IMG/VR virus record: IMGVR_UViG_3300032272_000017
Span: 1-54,042 of that record
Direction: 5' to 3' (one strand)
DNA: 54,042 nt
From: a virus
Lineage: Duplodnaviria; Caudoviricetes
Shown here: positions 36,994 through 45,982 of the stretch, one piece after another
Layout of the letters: every line of letters begins with the position of its first letter
Position numbering within the stretch: the first letter of the stretch is position 1
Made by a program: the position numbers and the translations under genes
Notes under the pieces: generated by a model
What the model saw: only the letters and a program-made list of their open reading frames with translations
What the model was told of the DNA's origin: nothing
Database searches by the model: none

Positions 36994-37688
36994 TATGGAG
37001 CCTCTGGTGCTTGGTTCTGCTCAGGACTGACCCTCTGGTCGGCCTGGATCTTTAAGCCGAGAGACGCAAGGAAGTTGTTGTACAGCTCTTGGCGGTATGC
37101 GCCGGGGAGCGTGTCGCGGGATTCCTTGGTAAGCGCTCGATAAGTCACGTAGGTATAATACGCTTCGAGGTACTCGTCGTCGAGCGGAATAGTGTCACCA
37201 ACAGCTGTCACAGCCGTTGGTACAGCTGAGTACTGCACCTTCGCGTACGCAGAGCCGCTTGCTGGCGGATACACGTAAAACGCCTTCTTGTCGCGTGGGT
37301 CGTGACAGTAGTGGTCGAAGAAGTTAGTGGCGCCGGCCAACGTCTTTATAGTGGTGTCGTGTTCCCAATTTGGGTCGTATGAATCGAGCGCGTCCTTTTC
37401 CGCTTGACGTACTGGACCCTGTATCGTGACAGCATCAGCTGGGCTCACATTGTTCAAGACCTTAACAAACTTAATCCCCCCTGTGGGTATTGCTTGTTTT
37501 GCGATCGTATTAGTAAATGTGAGTATGGTGGAGAGAAGGTTAGCTTCAGGCACGAACGAAACGATCTGGCGCGATGCTGCATTGACGTAGTCAATCAGCT
37601 CAATGTCTGTCCAACGATACGCTGACGCAGTTTCATCATGGATCGTAAATCGAACTTCGTCGATTACGTCTTGTACCGTCGCTGACAT
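36993..37688 (-). CDS. head-tail adaptor protein
   Basis: RWTDIELIDYVN, LDSYDPNW, FYVYPP, YRALTKE. Confidence 0.75.
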   Translation of the reverse strand: MSATVQDVIDEVRFTIHDETASAYRWTDIELIDYVNAASRQIVSFVPEANLLSTILTFTNTIAKQAIPTGGIKFVKVLNNVSPADAVTIQGPVRQAEKDALDSYDPNWEHDTTIKTLAGATNFFDHYCHDPRDKKAFYVYPPASGSAYAKVQYSAVPTAVTAVGDTIPLDDEYLEAYYTYVTYRALTKESRDTLPGAYRQELYNNFLASLGLKIQADQRVSPEQNQAPEAP

Positions 37689-37691
37689 ACC

Positions 37692-38114
37692 TTACTCCGC
37701 TAAATCAATGTTCTCCTGCAAACGCTGGTATGCATCGGATATTTCCGTTGCAGTCGGGCGTCGCAGATCTGGCGACATTTCTGCCGTGACTTTCGTGACT
37801 TTCGGAGTTAGATCACTCTTCAGGTCGGTCGGGTCGTCGCGCATCAGAATCTTAAGTATAGCTCCATCTAGAGCCACTGCAAACTCTGCTTCCGCATCGT
37901 TTCCATTGTCGCTCTTTTCAGCCGGGGCTGCATCCAGTTGCTCTTCTGCTGGCGGCGGCGGCGGCCCATCGTACATCTTGGCGCCGCGTGCTAAACATTC
38001 CGCGGCTAGACCCTTAGCGTCAGATACCCACAGGGGTACGTTAGCTTCGAATTTCGGGGTGTGGCCGGTGAGGGAAATAATCTGTTGATCGAACGGGCAT
38101 ATCATCATAGGCAT
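37692..38114 (-). CDS. hypothetical protein (head completion region)
   Basis: GAGGA RBS; ORF track. Confidence 0.75.
   Translation of the reverse strand: MPMMICPFDQQIISLTGHTPKFEANVPLWVSDAKGLAAECLARGAKMYDGPPPPPAEEQLDAAPAEKSDNGNDAEAEFAVALDGAILKILMRDDPTDLKSDLTPKVTKVTAEMSPDLRRPTATEISDAYQRLQENIDLAE
37905..37933 (-). promoter_or_regulatory. candidate late promoter ATGCAG-CCCC..(17)-GACAAT (intragenic)
   Basis: Same box and spacing; lies downstream of the capsid terminator and upstream of the adaptor/tail genes. Confidence 0.4.
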
Positions 38115-38135
38115 GATGTAAATCCTCTTGTTGTT

Positions 38136-38164
38136 AAAAAGTCCCCCAGCCGAAGCTGGGGGTC
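38136..38164 (-). terminator. intrinsic terminator after capsid/decoration genes
   Basis: Minus strand CCCCCAGC-TTCG-GCTGGGGG then ACTTTTT. Confidence 0.9.
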
Positions 38165-38185
38165 TTAGGTCCTACAGGTAGAGCT

Positions 38186-38596
38186 TTACTCTTGGTTGAT
38201 GGTGTTGTAGCTCGGATCTGCATAAACTGCCAGAACTTCGCCAGCGCCAGCTGTACTAGCTGTGCCGCCATCGGTGTACGTTACAGTAATGGCTCGATCT
38301 GCAGCGACGATAGAATAACCCGTCGTGCCAATCAGCTCATCATCTGTAGCCGTTTTAGCATCACCAGCTGCGAGATACCGGTTTGGATCAGTGGCATCGC
38401 CGCAAATAATTGCGACAGATGTTCCACCGTCAAACACTGTGGTAACCGAAAGCCGGCCGCCAACAATCGTTGCGCCAAGCGGGAGGGTGAACAGCGTGCT
38501 GCCTACCGTGTCCGCGAGGTCACTGATGTCGAAGGATGCAAATGCCGAGAGTACAAAACCGCGAGTTTGTGCGGGGCCTACTGCTAAAGTAGTCAT
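38186..38596 (-). CDS. capsid decoration/cement protein
   Basis: Directly after MCP; LPLGATIVGG.L.V.TVFDG ... GD..DPNRY ... TAGAG.V motif. Confidence 0.75.
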   Translation of the reverse strand: MTTLAVGPAQTRGFVLSAFASFDISDLADTVGSTLFTLPLGATIVGGRLSVTTVFDGGTSVAIICGDATDPNRYLAAGDAKTATDDELIGTTGYSIVAADRAITVTYTDGGTASTAGAGEVLAVYADPSYNTINQE

Positions 38597-38608
38597 ATCT
38601 TATCTCCC

Positions 38609-39715
38609 TTAGATTGCTGTATCGCAGCGAATGACGCCAAAATCTTCGTCAGTGCCATCGATGTTAGAACGGAAGACCGGCTTCAAGAAGCCGAACAGTT
38701 TGCCAACCGAGATACCCTGTTGGTTATCGTAGTCGAAGCCTTTCTCAACCCACTCCGGAGCACCAATGTCCGCTTGACCCATTGCTTGGGCGCCGCAGAA
38801 CAGAGCTGCCTGTCCGTCAACCGTCGAGCCACTTCCCCACTTGGAACCAGAAGCGGCACCCTGTGTGTTGTAGACATGACGATATTCGTGGATCATCAGA
38901 CCGTCGACCATGACCGTATCTGTGCCCTTGAACAGTTCGTTAGAACCACCACGGACGCCAGCGTTACGGACGTTAGCCAAGTAATCAGGATCCTGCCGCA
39001 GTTTAGCCATGCCCTGCGGATTCATAAACACATGGTAGAATTCCATTCCACCTGGGCCTTTGATTCCTCGGACATACTTGTCTTTGGCATACGCTTTCAG
39101 TTCAACCAACATTGCCCAAGAAGGGGTGTCAGCTGCAGCTACGGAACCAGTTGCACCGGCTTCGAGACCTGAAGTAGCATCCCATCGACGGTAACGGTTC
39201 GTAGAAGGTGCCGTAACGTCAGACGCGAAGTCGAGGTTAGCAAACGTAGTAGAACTACGAGTTGCGCCACGGTTCGTGTTAGCGTAAGACACACCTGCAA
39301 GCGTCAGGAAGGCAAGCTGATCGATTCGATCGGCAAGCCAGTAAGCGAGAACATCACGGGACTGTTCACGGAAATTCACAACAGACTTCTGGTCAGCGAG
39401 ACGACCTTTGTGTCGGTTAGCGTTACGAAGCTGATCAATCTGGATTACTTGGTCGTAAGCCTTGATCTCTTCTTCGTTGCCTTCCAACTGGTTGTCTCCA
39501 CCTACGCCATCACTTTCCAGATCGGCGACCAGTGTCAATACTGCGCGAGTTCCCTTCTCAGACTTCGTGAGTTCCGTAATACGCTGAATCATTGCATTCG
39601 GACCTTTGCCCGTAAATTTGGTCGTGAACGCTAAGTTGCGCGCCGCTTTCCAAACTTGACGAGACCATACGGTCTTCTGTTCTGATGTCAGGTTGTTAAA
39701 GTTTGTTGCAGTCAT
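38609..39715 (-). CDS. major capsid protein (N4-gp56 / DUF4043-type)
   Basis: TELTKSEKG, GDNQLEGNEE, IDQLRNA, GAQA, FDYDNQQGISVGKLFGFLKP, EDFGVI. Confidence 0.92.
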   Translation of the reverse strand: MTATNFNNLTSEQKTVWSRQVWKAARNLAFTTKFTGKGPNAMIQRITELTKSEKGTRAVLTLVADLESDGVGGDNQLEGNEEEIKAYDQVIQIDQLRNANRHKGRLADQKSVVNFREQSRDVLAYWLADRIDQLAFLTLAGVSYANTNRGATRSSTTFANLDFASDVTAPSTNRYRRWDATSGLEAGATGSVAAADTPSWAMLVELKAYAKDKYVRGIKGPGGMEFYHVFMNPQGMAKLRQDPDYLANVRNAGVRGGSNELFKGTDTVMVDGLMIHEYRHVYNTQGAASGSKWGSGSTVDGQAALFCGAQAMGQADIGAPEWVEKGFDYDNQQGISVGKLFGFLKPVFRSNIDGTDEDFGVIRCDTAI

Positions 39716-39755
39716 TATTGACTCTCCAAAAATTATAAACGAAACAAATAAAGTT

Positions 39756-39860
39756 GCACATCATTGTGCGGGTTTTGCCTGCTTTACCGTCGGGCGACGT
39801 GCGTTTCGCTTTTAAGGAGGTCGACTCCGCTCATAGGTTTTACGTCCGAGCGTAGGACGA
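39756..39860 (-). ncRNA. structured 5' leader of capsid mRNA (tandem pseudoknots plus hairpin)
   Basis: Three stem / TAAA(A) linker / loop-complement units read by eye; see findings. Confidence 0.55.
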
Positions 39861-39866
39861 ATACGG

Positions 39867-39896
39867 ATTATGATCTAAAACCCCTTCACTTGTCAA
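39867..39896 (-). promoter_or_regulatory. sigma70 promoter TTGACA-18-CATAAT for major capsid gene
   Basis: Perfect -35; +1 predicted near 39860. Confidence 0.7.
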
Positions 39897-39909
39897 CAAG
39901 TGAAGGGGT
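39877..39909 (-). terminator. 14-bp perfect inverted repeat plus TTTT, terminator after scaffold gene, overlapping the MCP -35
   Basis: ACCCCTTCACTTGT-ca-ACAAGTGAAGGGGT. Confidence 0.7.
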
Positions 39910-39916
39910 ATTTGGC

Positions 39917-40978
39917 CTACATAATGTCGCCGCGCATTCTCGCTAATGTCTTCTCGGGAAGGGCGTCGAGCTCTTCATCAGACATATCTTCGATGCTCGG
40001 TACAACCGCACCGGCTACTGCTGAGCCTTGGCCTTCGCCGCCGACTGGCACGTGAGCCTTTTCTTTCAGCTTAGCCTTCTTAGGATCAACCTTGGCTTTA
40101 CCGGTTGGTTTCGGTGATGAACCATCCGATTCTCCATCCGCATCCGGCATTAGGTCATACATCTCAACCACGTCGGCCAAGGCTGCTACGAATGCGTCGC
40201 TGCGATTCATTTCACCCTCGTATCCGCGCATAAACACCATGACCTTGTCGAGCATCGGCTGGTTGTAGTTGTCGCTGTCGGGGTTGAACACGTCGAACAT
40301 CTGCTCTGCTTCTTTGGACATAGCAACAAGTTCCTGCGTCTCAGCTTCGCTGCTGAGCTCAGTCTTCGTCGCAGACTGCGTTTCAGCTTTCCAAGAGGCG
40401 TACTTAGCCGCGTCGATCTCTTCGCGCTTAGCGAGTGCTGCTTCCGTGTCACCATCCAGCAACAGATCCATGTACTCCTTCTCGTTGTCACGAATGTTGT
40501 ACACTTCTTCCGCTTCTTCAGGCGGCTTCCCAGCTTCCACCTGTGCTTGGAGACGAGCGAGTTCTTCCTCGGCCGCTTTGCGCCGTTCGTTTACTTCGTC
40601 GAATCGGTGTTTGGGGATGCCTTTCGGCGGCTTAGCTGGCTCTTCCTCATCATCACTTTCTTCGGCTTCGGCTTCAGGCTCTTCTTCGGCTTCCGCGTCA
40701 GGAGCGTCCTCAACAACTTCATCATCAGCTTCTTCATCAGTCGCTTCCTCTTCAGTTTCTTCGTCACTTTGTGACGCCGCCGGGGCTGGGTTAAGGGGGT
40801 CGTAGTCGTCTGGTAGGACTGATCCGTCGTCGAGACCGGCAGCATCAAAGCCATCTACGTCGTCGTCGAGTTCTCCGCCCAAGTGTGCCAGTTGATCAGC
40901 GGCACGTTCTGGTGTGTGTTCCACAGCCAAAGCTGCATCAGCGGTGAGGTCATCACCGGGGATATCGTTCTTACTCAT
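39917..40978 (-). CDS. capsid scaffolding protein
   Basis: Very acidic, IPKHRFDEVN, coiled coil, C-terminal MSDEELDALPEKTLARMRGD; between portal and MCP. Confidence 0.85.
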   Translation of the reverse strand: MSKNDIPGDDLTADAALAVEHTPERAADQLAHLGGELDDDVDGFDAAGLDDGSVLPDDYDPLNPAPAASQSDEETEEEATDEEADDEVVEDAPDAEAEEEPEAEAEESDDEEEPAKPPKGIPKHRFDEVNERRKAAEEELARLQAQVEAGKPPEEAEEVYNIRDNEKEYMDLLLDGDTEAALAKREEIDAAKYASWKAETQSATKTELSSEAETQELVAMSKEAEQMFDVFNPDSDNYNQPMLDKVMVFMRGYEGEMNRSDAFVAALADVVEMYDLMPDADGESDGSSPKPTGKAKVDPKKAKLKEKAHVPVGGEGQGSAVAGAVVPSIEDMSDEELDALPEKTLARMRGDIM

Positions 40979-40992
40979 TGTGTTGCTCCGTT

Positions 40993-43308
40993 TTACGCCT
41001 TCGTGGGCGATTTCTTAGCGCTGTCTTTCTCAGATTGTTTAGTTTCCTTCTCAACCTGACCGGCCTTGCGATCTTCCGCTTTGCTCTTCAGATCCATTAG
41101 CGACTTCTGCAACCCGGCCATACGGTTCATGCCGGCTACGTTGCGTTGTGTCATGGACTCCATCTGAGCGATGTTGGTCATTGTACCTTCTTTTCCTGCA
41201 GCAATGCGAATTCTTGTCTGTAAATCTTCGCGATTTGACTGCATTGTGGCGCCCATACGCTCCATTTCGACGCGAGCGTTGGTGCCAATCTCTAGTTTCT
41301 TGATTTCTGGGTTCTGTACTTCCGACTGCGCCTGTGCCTGCAACTTCATTGCATTGGCCTTGCGCTCCATGGCTTGCGCCTCCTCGTTCGTAACCTGAGC
41401 GTTCAGCAAACGCATTTCCATTTCCTGAATCTGCTGCTGACGCTGCATCTCTTCTGGGCTTGGTGCGGCCAGACCTTGGATCTGCTTGACCGTCTCCACA
41501 ACCTCTGCCTTGTCCGGCAGCTGTGAGTTCTGAATGAGAATGTGATCGGGGATCTGTACGCCCATTTCACGCATCGACACCAGCTGATCAAACAGCCCCT
41601 CGTCGTACGTTTCACGTCTGGGGATTGTACCGACCACAACCGAGTACTCGCCGATTGTGAGATCGTTGCGGATCTCCTCTACAGCTTCCTGTGTCTCTGG
41701 GTCCAACACGTACACTGGCTGGTTGATCGCTAGTTCCTGTTGTTCCTCGTCGCCATCCTCGTTTTTCTTGAAAACCTGGATCAGGCGAGTCTCACTGTAA
41801 TAGTTCTGAACCATTTCCAGCATGATCTCTGCACGCAGTTCGCGCGTCTGAGCGAGGTTGTCGAATATGATTTCCTGCTGAATCATGCCGCCCTGCTTAC
41901 GAGCGTCCAGTGCCTTCGAGGAATCACTGCGCTGGATACCCAGCTGTGCCTCGTTGACGCCTGAGATCTCGCGGAAGAACGTGCCGGCCTTGCTGCCGAT
42001 CTCGGCTAAGCCACTTGGTATCTGGTTCGGTTGAATCTTTTGTGGGGGTTCTGCGCCCTGTGCGACTTCGAGTACGAGCCCAGTCTTTGAGCCCTGAGTC
42101 GCTAAGTCATCACGATCCATGTTAACCAGTGACCCAGTGGTGAAGACCCAGCCTGAGTTTGCGGTCGTGTTGACGACGTGCAGTTCCTGCGACGTAACCT
42201 TGTTTAGCATGTCCTGTGGGTCAACTAAGTTTCTTACCAGACCGAACGGACGTCCTCTACGGAAGTACGGGAAGAACGGAACCACTGCGAGTTTGGAGAA
42301 CATGCTCCAGCCATCATGCAGGATCAGCTTGTCAGCGGTGATGGTTACGCGAACGCGACGTTCTGGCTTCCAGATCATCGAGAGGTCGTTCTGTTGTGCA
42401 AATGCCTTTACGCGATCAGTGTCCCATCCTTCAGGTACGCGTCGCATATCGCCCGTAGGTTGGTCAACGAAGAACGCGGTACGATTGAGTTTCCGATACT
42501 GACGCTCGATAACTCGGATCCGTTTGACCCTCTTAACTTCATCCGCGTCGGGCTGAAAGAAGGTTTCGCTGTTGTAGTGGTCGCCGCCGAAGTTGGGAGC
42601 TTCCCACTCCAAGCTGTCATGACCGAATGTACCGTTGGCTGCGGCCAGTTCAATTTGATCTCTAAACTCAGGCCCATACAATGCTCCAATCTCGTCAGGT
42701 GTCATCCAGCGGCTGATGAAGACCTCGTTCCATGTGGACGGGTCATACTCTTTGGCGCCGGGGTCTAGGATAACGTCAGTCGGGTCGAGAACCTCTTCTC
42801 GGATCTCACCCTCTTGGTTATCACTGAAATCCATGTAGTAGTAGAAATATCCGCGATCCTGGATCAAGCCATCAGTGAACATGGTCTTTTCTTTCTGTTC
42901 GGACTTGTTGTTGGTCGCTATTTGTTTGAACAGGAAGCGGAGTGAACTCGCTGTCTCCTGATTCGCGCCCTTGCCCATCGGCACGAAGCTGATGTCCTGA
43001 CGCGACTTGATGTACTCGCCAATGACAGCGTTGACTGTCGAGAGTACCAAGTTGACGGAGTAGTACGGTCTGCCTTGGGCATCGAGAGTCGACTTGACCT
43101 CATCGTCCCACTGGTCGCCATAGTAGTAGTCGTCAAAGCTGCGCGCTTCTTCCACCCAATCAAGGTGCCCAGCATCGCGTGCCCGTGTGTATGCAGACCA
43201 TTGGGTCTCTACAATCGCATCTTGTTCGGGGGTCTGTGTGAGTTCAGCAAGCGCCTGCTTGTTGTCTTCTACGTAGTCGCCACCGAATGCGTTAAATTCT
43301 TTTGCCAT
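40993..43308 (-). CDS. portal protein (P22-like)
   Basis: YYGDQW, GRP, DPGAKEYD, VPFFPY, GLVRNLVDPQDMLNK, ISGVNEAQLG, C-terminal helical barrel. Confidence 0.92.
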   Translation of the reverse strand: MAKEFNAFGGDYVEDNKQALAELTQTPEQDAIVETQWSAYTRARDAGHLDWVEEARSFDDYYYGDQWDDEVKSTLDAQGRPYYSVNLVLSTVNAVIGEYIKSRQDISFVPMGKGANQETASSLRFLFKQIATNNKSEQKEKTMFTDGLIQDRGYFYYYMDFSDNQEGEIREEVLDPTDVILDPGAKEYDPSTWNEVFISRWMTPDEIGALYGPEFRDQIELAAANGTFGHDSLEWEAPNFGGDHYNSETFFQPDADEVKRVKRIRVIERQYRKLNRTAFFVDQPTGDMRRVPEGWDTDRVKAFAQQNDLSMIWKPERRVRVTITADKLILHDGWSMFSKLAVVPFFPYFRRGRPFGLVRNLVDPQDMLNKVTSQELHVVNTTANSGWVFTTGSLVNMDRDDLATQGSKTGLVLEVAQGAEPPQKIQPNQIPSGLAEIGSKAGTFFREISGVNEAQLGIQRSDSSKALDARKQGGMIQQEIIFDNLAQTRELRAEIMLEMVQNYYSETRLIQVFKKNEDGDEEQQELAINQPVYVLDPETQEAVEEIRNDLTIGEYSVVVGTIPRRETYDEGLFDQLVSMREMGVQIPDHILIQNSQLPDKAEVVETVKQIQGLAAPSPEEMQRQQQIQEMEMRLLNAQVTNEEAQAMERKANAMKLQAQAQSEVQNPEIKKLEIGTNARVEMERMGATMQSNREDLQTRIRIAAGKEGTMTNIAQMESMTQRNVAGMNRMAGLQKSLMDLKSKAEDRKAGQVEKETKQSEKDSAKKSPTKA

Positions 43309-43311
43309 ATC

Positions 43312-45063
43312 TTACGCCGCCATATGAGGTTTTTTACCGGACTTGCCACCAGTGACATATCCCGCGAGTTTTTGCTTCCACGACTTCGTTTGTTTCTCGG
43401 CTTTGGGTCTCCCCTCACCTACGTAAGCAGCGTCAGCAATCATCTTGCCAATCCATGCGGCGGCGTCCACACGGTCGTCTTTTACACCGGATGGGAAGCG
43501 AAGCAACTCGTTCATTGCGTCGTCAACCCACAGGGCTCCTTCCGGCCACCAAACTTGGCCTAGGGACATCAAGCCCTGAATCGTCCTTGCTCTCAACTCC
43601 TTGTCTTGTTTACCCGGGGGTAACTCTTCGACATGAAGGTCATACAGTCCTTCCTCACGGATTCTACGTTGGAGGAACTGGTCTAGTGTAAGCGAAATCT
43701 GTCCTTTTTCCAACCCGAACTTGCGCGGGTGCCACTTTCGGTGTATGGAGAAGATCGTCTCGATGATTTCCATAGCGTCCCATCGGCCGCGGTACTCGTC
43801 GAGAAAGTAGATCTGCCCGTCTTGATCTTTGCCTACAACGTAGAAGACAGACCAATCTGCGTGTTCTTTCTTGGAGATCGCGAGATCGCCGGCGCAGTAG
43901 ATGTCGAGGAAGTCAGGTTTGGTTTTCCAGAACTTGAAGTACTTCTTCTGGAAGTACGCGCCTTCTTCGACCTGTGGATTCTGTTGATACAGCGCAGCCC
44001 AATCTCGGGGAGCTAGCGTTCTCTTGATCTTGCGGAGTGCTTTTAGGTCATAGCGTTCCGGATGAAGTGCTTCACCGCGAGAACGATACTTCTCGTCTTG
44101 CACTGCCATCGCAGGAAAGTCAACAATACGCCACCGATCCGCGTCTTCGGGCCATTCCCCATCATCAGAGTCCCGCATCTCTTTTTCGGCTTCACGCATG
44201 CCGGACAATAGATGTCCTGCAAGATCGTCGTCGTGCCATCGGGTTTGAATGACCACGATACCCGCACCAGGAGCAAGCCGGGTATAAGCTGTGGAAGAGT
44301 ACCAAGATTTGGCGGTCTCTCGGATGGTTGCAGATTCTGCTTCATCGCGGTTTTTAACAGGGTCGTCAATAAGGAAGATGTGAGCTCCCCGTCCTGTAAT
44401 CGGTCCTCCAACACCAGCAGCCAATATCCCACCGCCTGTTCGTCTATCTTTCTCAAAGTCATACAAACTCCATCGCTCAACGGCTTCGTTCTTCTTGGTG
44501 ACGCCGAGGTTGCCGAAAAGATGGTGGTAGTCCTCACTCTTTACCAATTCTTGGATCTTGCGTGAGAAGTCCATCTGCAGCGACTGTGCGTACGACGTGT
44601 TAATGAATTCGTGGTTGGGGTAATTCCCCAAATGCCATGCCGGCCAGTACTGTGACGCCAACATGGACTTGCCATGCCGTGGCGGCATGGTAATCATCAA
44701 GCGAGGCGCCTCTTTTCGGGCAACCTGCTCCGAGAAGTGCATAAGCTCGGCGGCGATCACCTTGTGAACCCAGCCTGCATGGTACTCATGCTCATACCGC
44801 ATCACGAACGCCAGCAGGTTACGCTTGGCAAGCTCGCGTCGGTACAGTTCTTGGGTGGCTTGTGCTTGTCGGGTAAGTTCTTTGGTCTTGAGAACCTTCG
44901 GCGCAGCTTTTTTCTGTGCCTTCGACCTTTTCTTGGAGATTTTCTTCTTTTTAGCGACCTTTTTCTTCTGTTGCGAGGCGCGCAACAGGGCTTCGCCCTC
45001 GGCTGCAGCGCAGTCGTCACATTTCACGCCATCTTTGCACTTATCGCAGTCGTTTTTTGTCAT
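43312..45063 (-). CDS. terL: terminase large subunit
   Basis: MPPRHGKS Walker A, GPITGRGA, IDDPVK, QTRWHDDDL, ALYQQNP, DLAIS, FPSGVKDDRVDA. Confidence 0.95.
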   Translation of the reverse strand: MTKNDCDKCKDGVKCDDCAAAEGEALLRASQQKKKVAKKKKISKKRSKAQKKAAPKVLKTKELTRQAQATQELYRRELAKRNLLAFVMRYEHEYHAGWVHKVIAAELMHFSEQVARKEAPRLMITMPPRHGKSMLASQYWPAWHLGNYPNHEFINTSYAQSLQMDFSRKIQELVKSEDYHHLFGNLGVTKKNEAVERWSLYDFEKDRRTGGGILAAGVGGPITGRGAHIFLIDDPVKNRDEAESATIRETAKSWYSSTAYTRLAPGAGIVVIQTRWHDDDLAGHLLSGMREAEKEMRDSDDGEWPEDADRWRIVDFPAMAVQDEKYRSRGEALHPERYDLKALRKIKRTLAPRDWAALYQQNPQVEEGAYFQKKYFKFWKTKPDFLDIYCAGDLAISKKEHADWSVFYVVGKDQDGQIYFLDEYRGRWDAMEIIETIFSIHRKWHPRKFGLEKGQISLTLDQFLQRRIREEGLYDLHVEELPPGKQDKELRARTIQGLMSLGQVWWPEGALWVDDAMNELLRFPSGVKDDRVDAAAWIGKMIADAAYVGEGRPKAEKQTKSWKQKLAGYVTGGKSGKKPHMAA

Positions 45064-45514
45064 CTATAACCGTGAACTCGCCATCGAGGGCGAGATCTTC
45101 CATGTCAGCGAGCTTCATGAGCTCATGTGTTTCCAATCTGTCCAGTGAGACCGTTCCTGAGTGTTCGTGTTTCACTTCAAGCGTCTTCGGCGCAGCAATT
45201 CCATGCAGATTGATCATTTCCTTGACCGCTTGTATCTGCTCGGCAGCCGTAGCTGCGTTCTGGTACGCGCCCATCAGCATGTCATGCGCTTCTTTGCGCG
45301 TGAACCCGACCTCTTCGGCGATTTCGTTCATCGCGCCCATGATCGCTTGCTGAATATGCTCCTTCTTCTCCAACTCATTGCCACGAGTTCTCGGATGAGC
45401 GTACCCAGCTGCTGCCGCTGAAGCTATCTGTGAGAGGCCGGCTAACCGACTCTCTACGTAGACACGCTCCTTCGGGTTGAGCGACTTAAGTGATGATGCG
45501 AGATTCTGGCTCAC
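45041..45514 (-). CDS. terS: terminase small subunit
   Basis: LNPKERVYV ... SAAAAGY HTH-like N-terminus, upstream of terL; GTG start behind GGAGG. Confidence 0.75.
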   Translation of the reverse strand: MSQNLASSLKSLNPKERVYVESRLAGLSQIASAAAAGYAHPRTRGNELEKKEHIQQAIMGAMNEIAEEVGFTRKEAHDMLMGAYQNAATAAEQIQAVKEMINLHGIAAPKTLEVKHEHSGTVSLDRLETHELMKLADMEDLALDGEFTVIDDKKRLR

Positions 45515-45743
45515 GCGTTGCCTCCGCTTGAGCTTGTAGGTCGAACAACTCGTCAATCTTTCCCATAAGTTCTGCCATTATAACAGATGCATCCTCGTGC
45601 TTGCCGTGGATGAAGATTGCGAGCCGTGTGTCGTCGTCCTGCTGCTTAACAGTGATAGGGACGACCTGAACGGCGTTCTCGCCACGATCGAAGAACTCGA
45701 AGAACTCGTTCATGGTGTTTTCTGGTGTAAGTTTGTCAGTCAT
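45486..45743 (-). CDS. hypothetical protein
   Basis: AAGGA RBS; overlap-coupled. Confidence 0.7.
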   Translation of the reverse strand: MTDKLTPENTMNEFFEFFDRGENAVQVVPITVKQQDDDTRLAIFIHGKHEDASVIMAELMGKIDELFDLQAQAEATREPESRIIT

Positions 45744-45982
45744 ACTTCGTTCCTTAAAGAGTCTACACGTTCGGCTGGGCTAACCTGACTCACGCACGTG
45801 TGCATTGAGAACATGTTGCCACCGTACATTATTGATTGTTCGTTGTGAACCTCGTCGCCGCTCATGAGGGCCAGGAAACTCACTTCGATGAATTCTGCCA
45901 CCGTGATCTTGTCGAGATTCTTCCCCGCTTCGACCGATTCGATTATATATTTTGTTCTATCGCTTAATGTCGTAACGGTCAT
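45740..45982 (-). CDS. hypothetical protein
   Basis: 3' part of ORF 45740..46492; internal ATG avoids a long overlap with the HNH gene. Confidence 0.65.
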   Translation of the reverse strand: MTVTTLSDRTKYIIESVEAGKNLDKITVAEFIEVSFLALMSGDEVHNEQSIMYGGNMFSMHTCVSQVSPAERVDSLRNEV

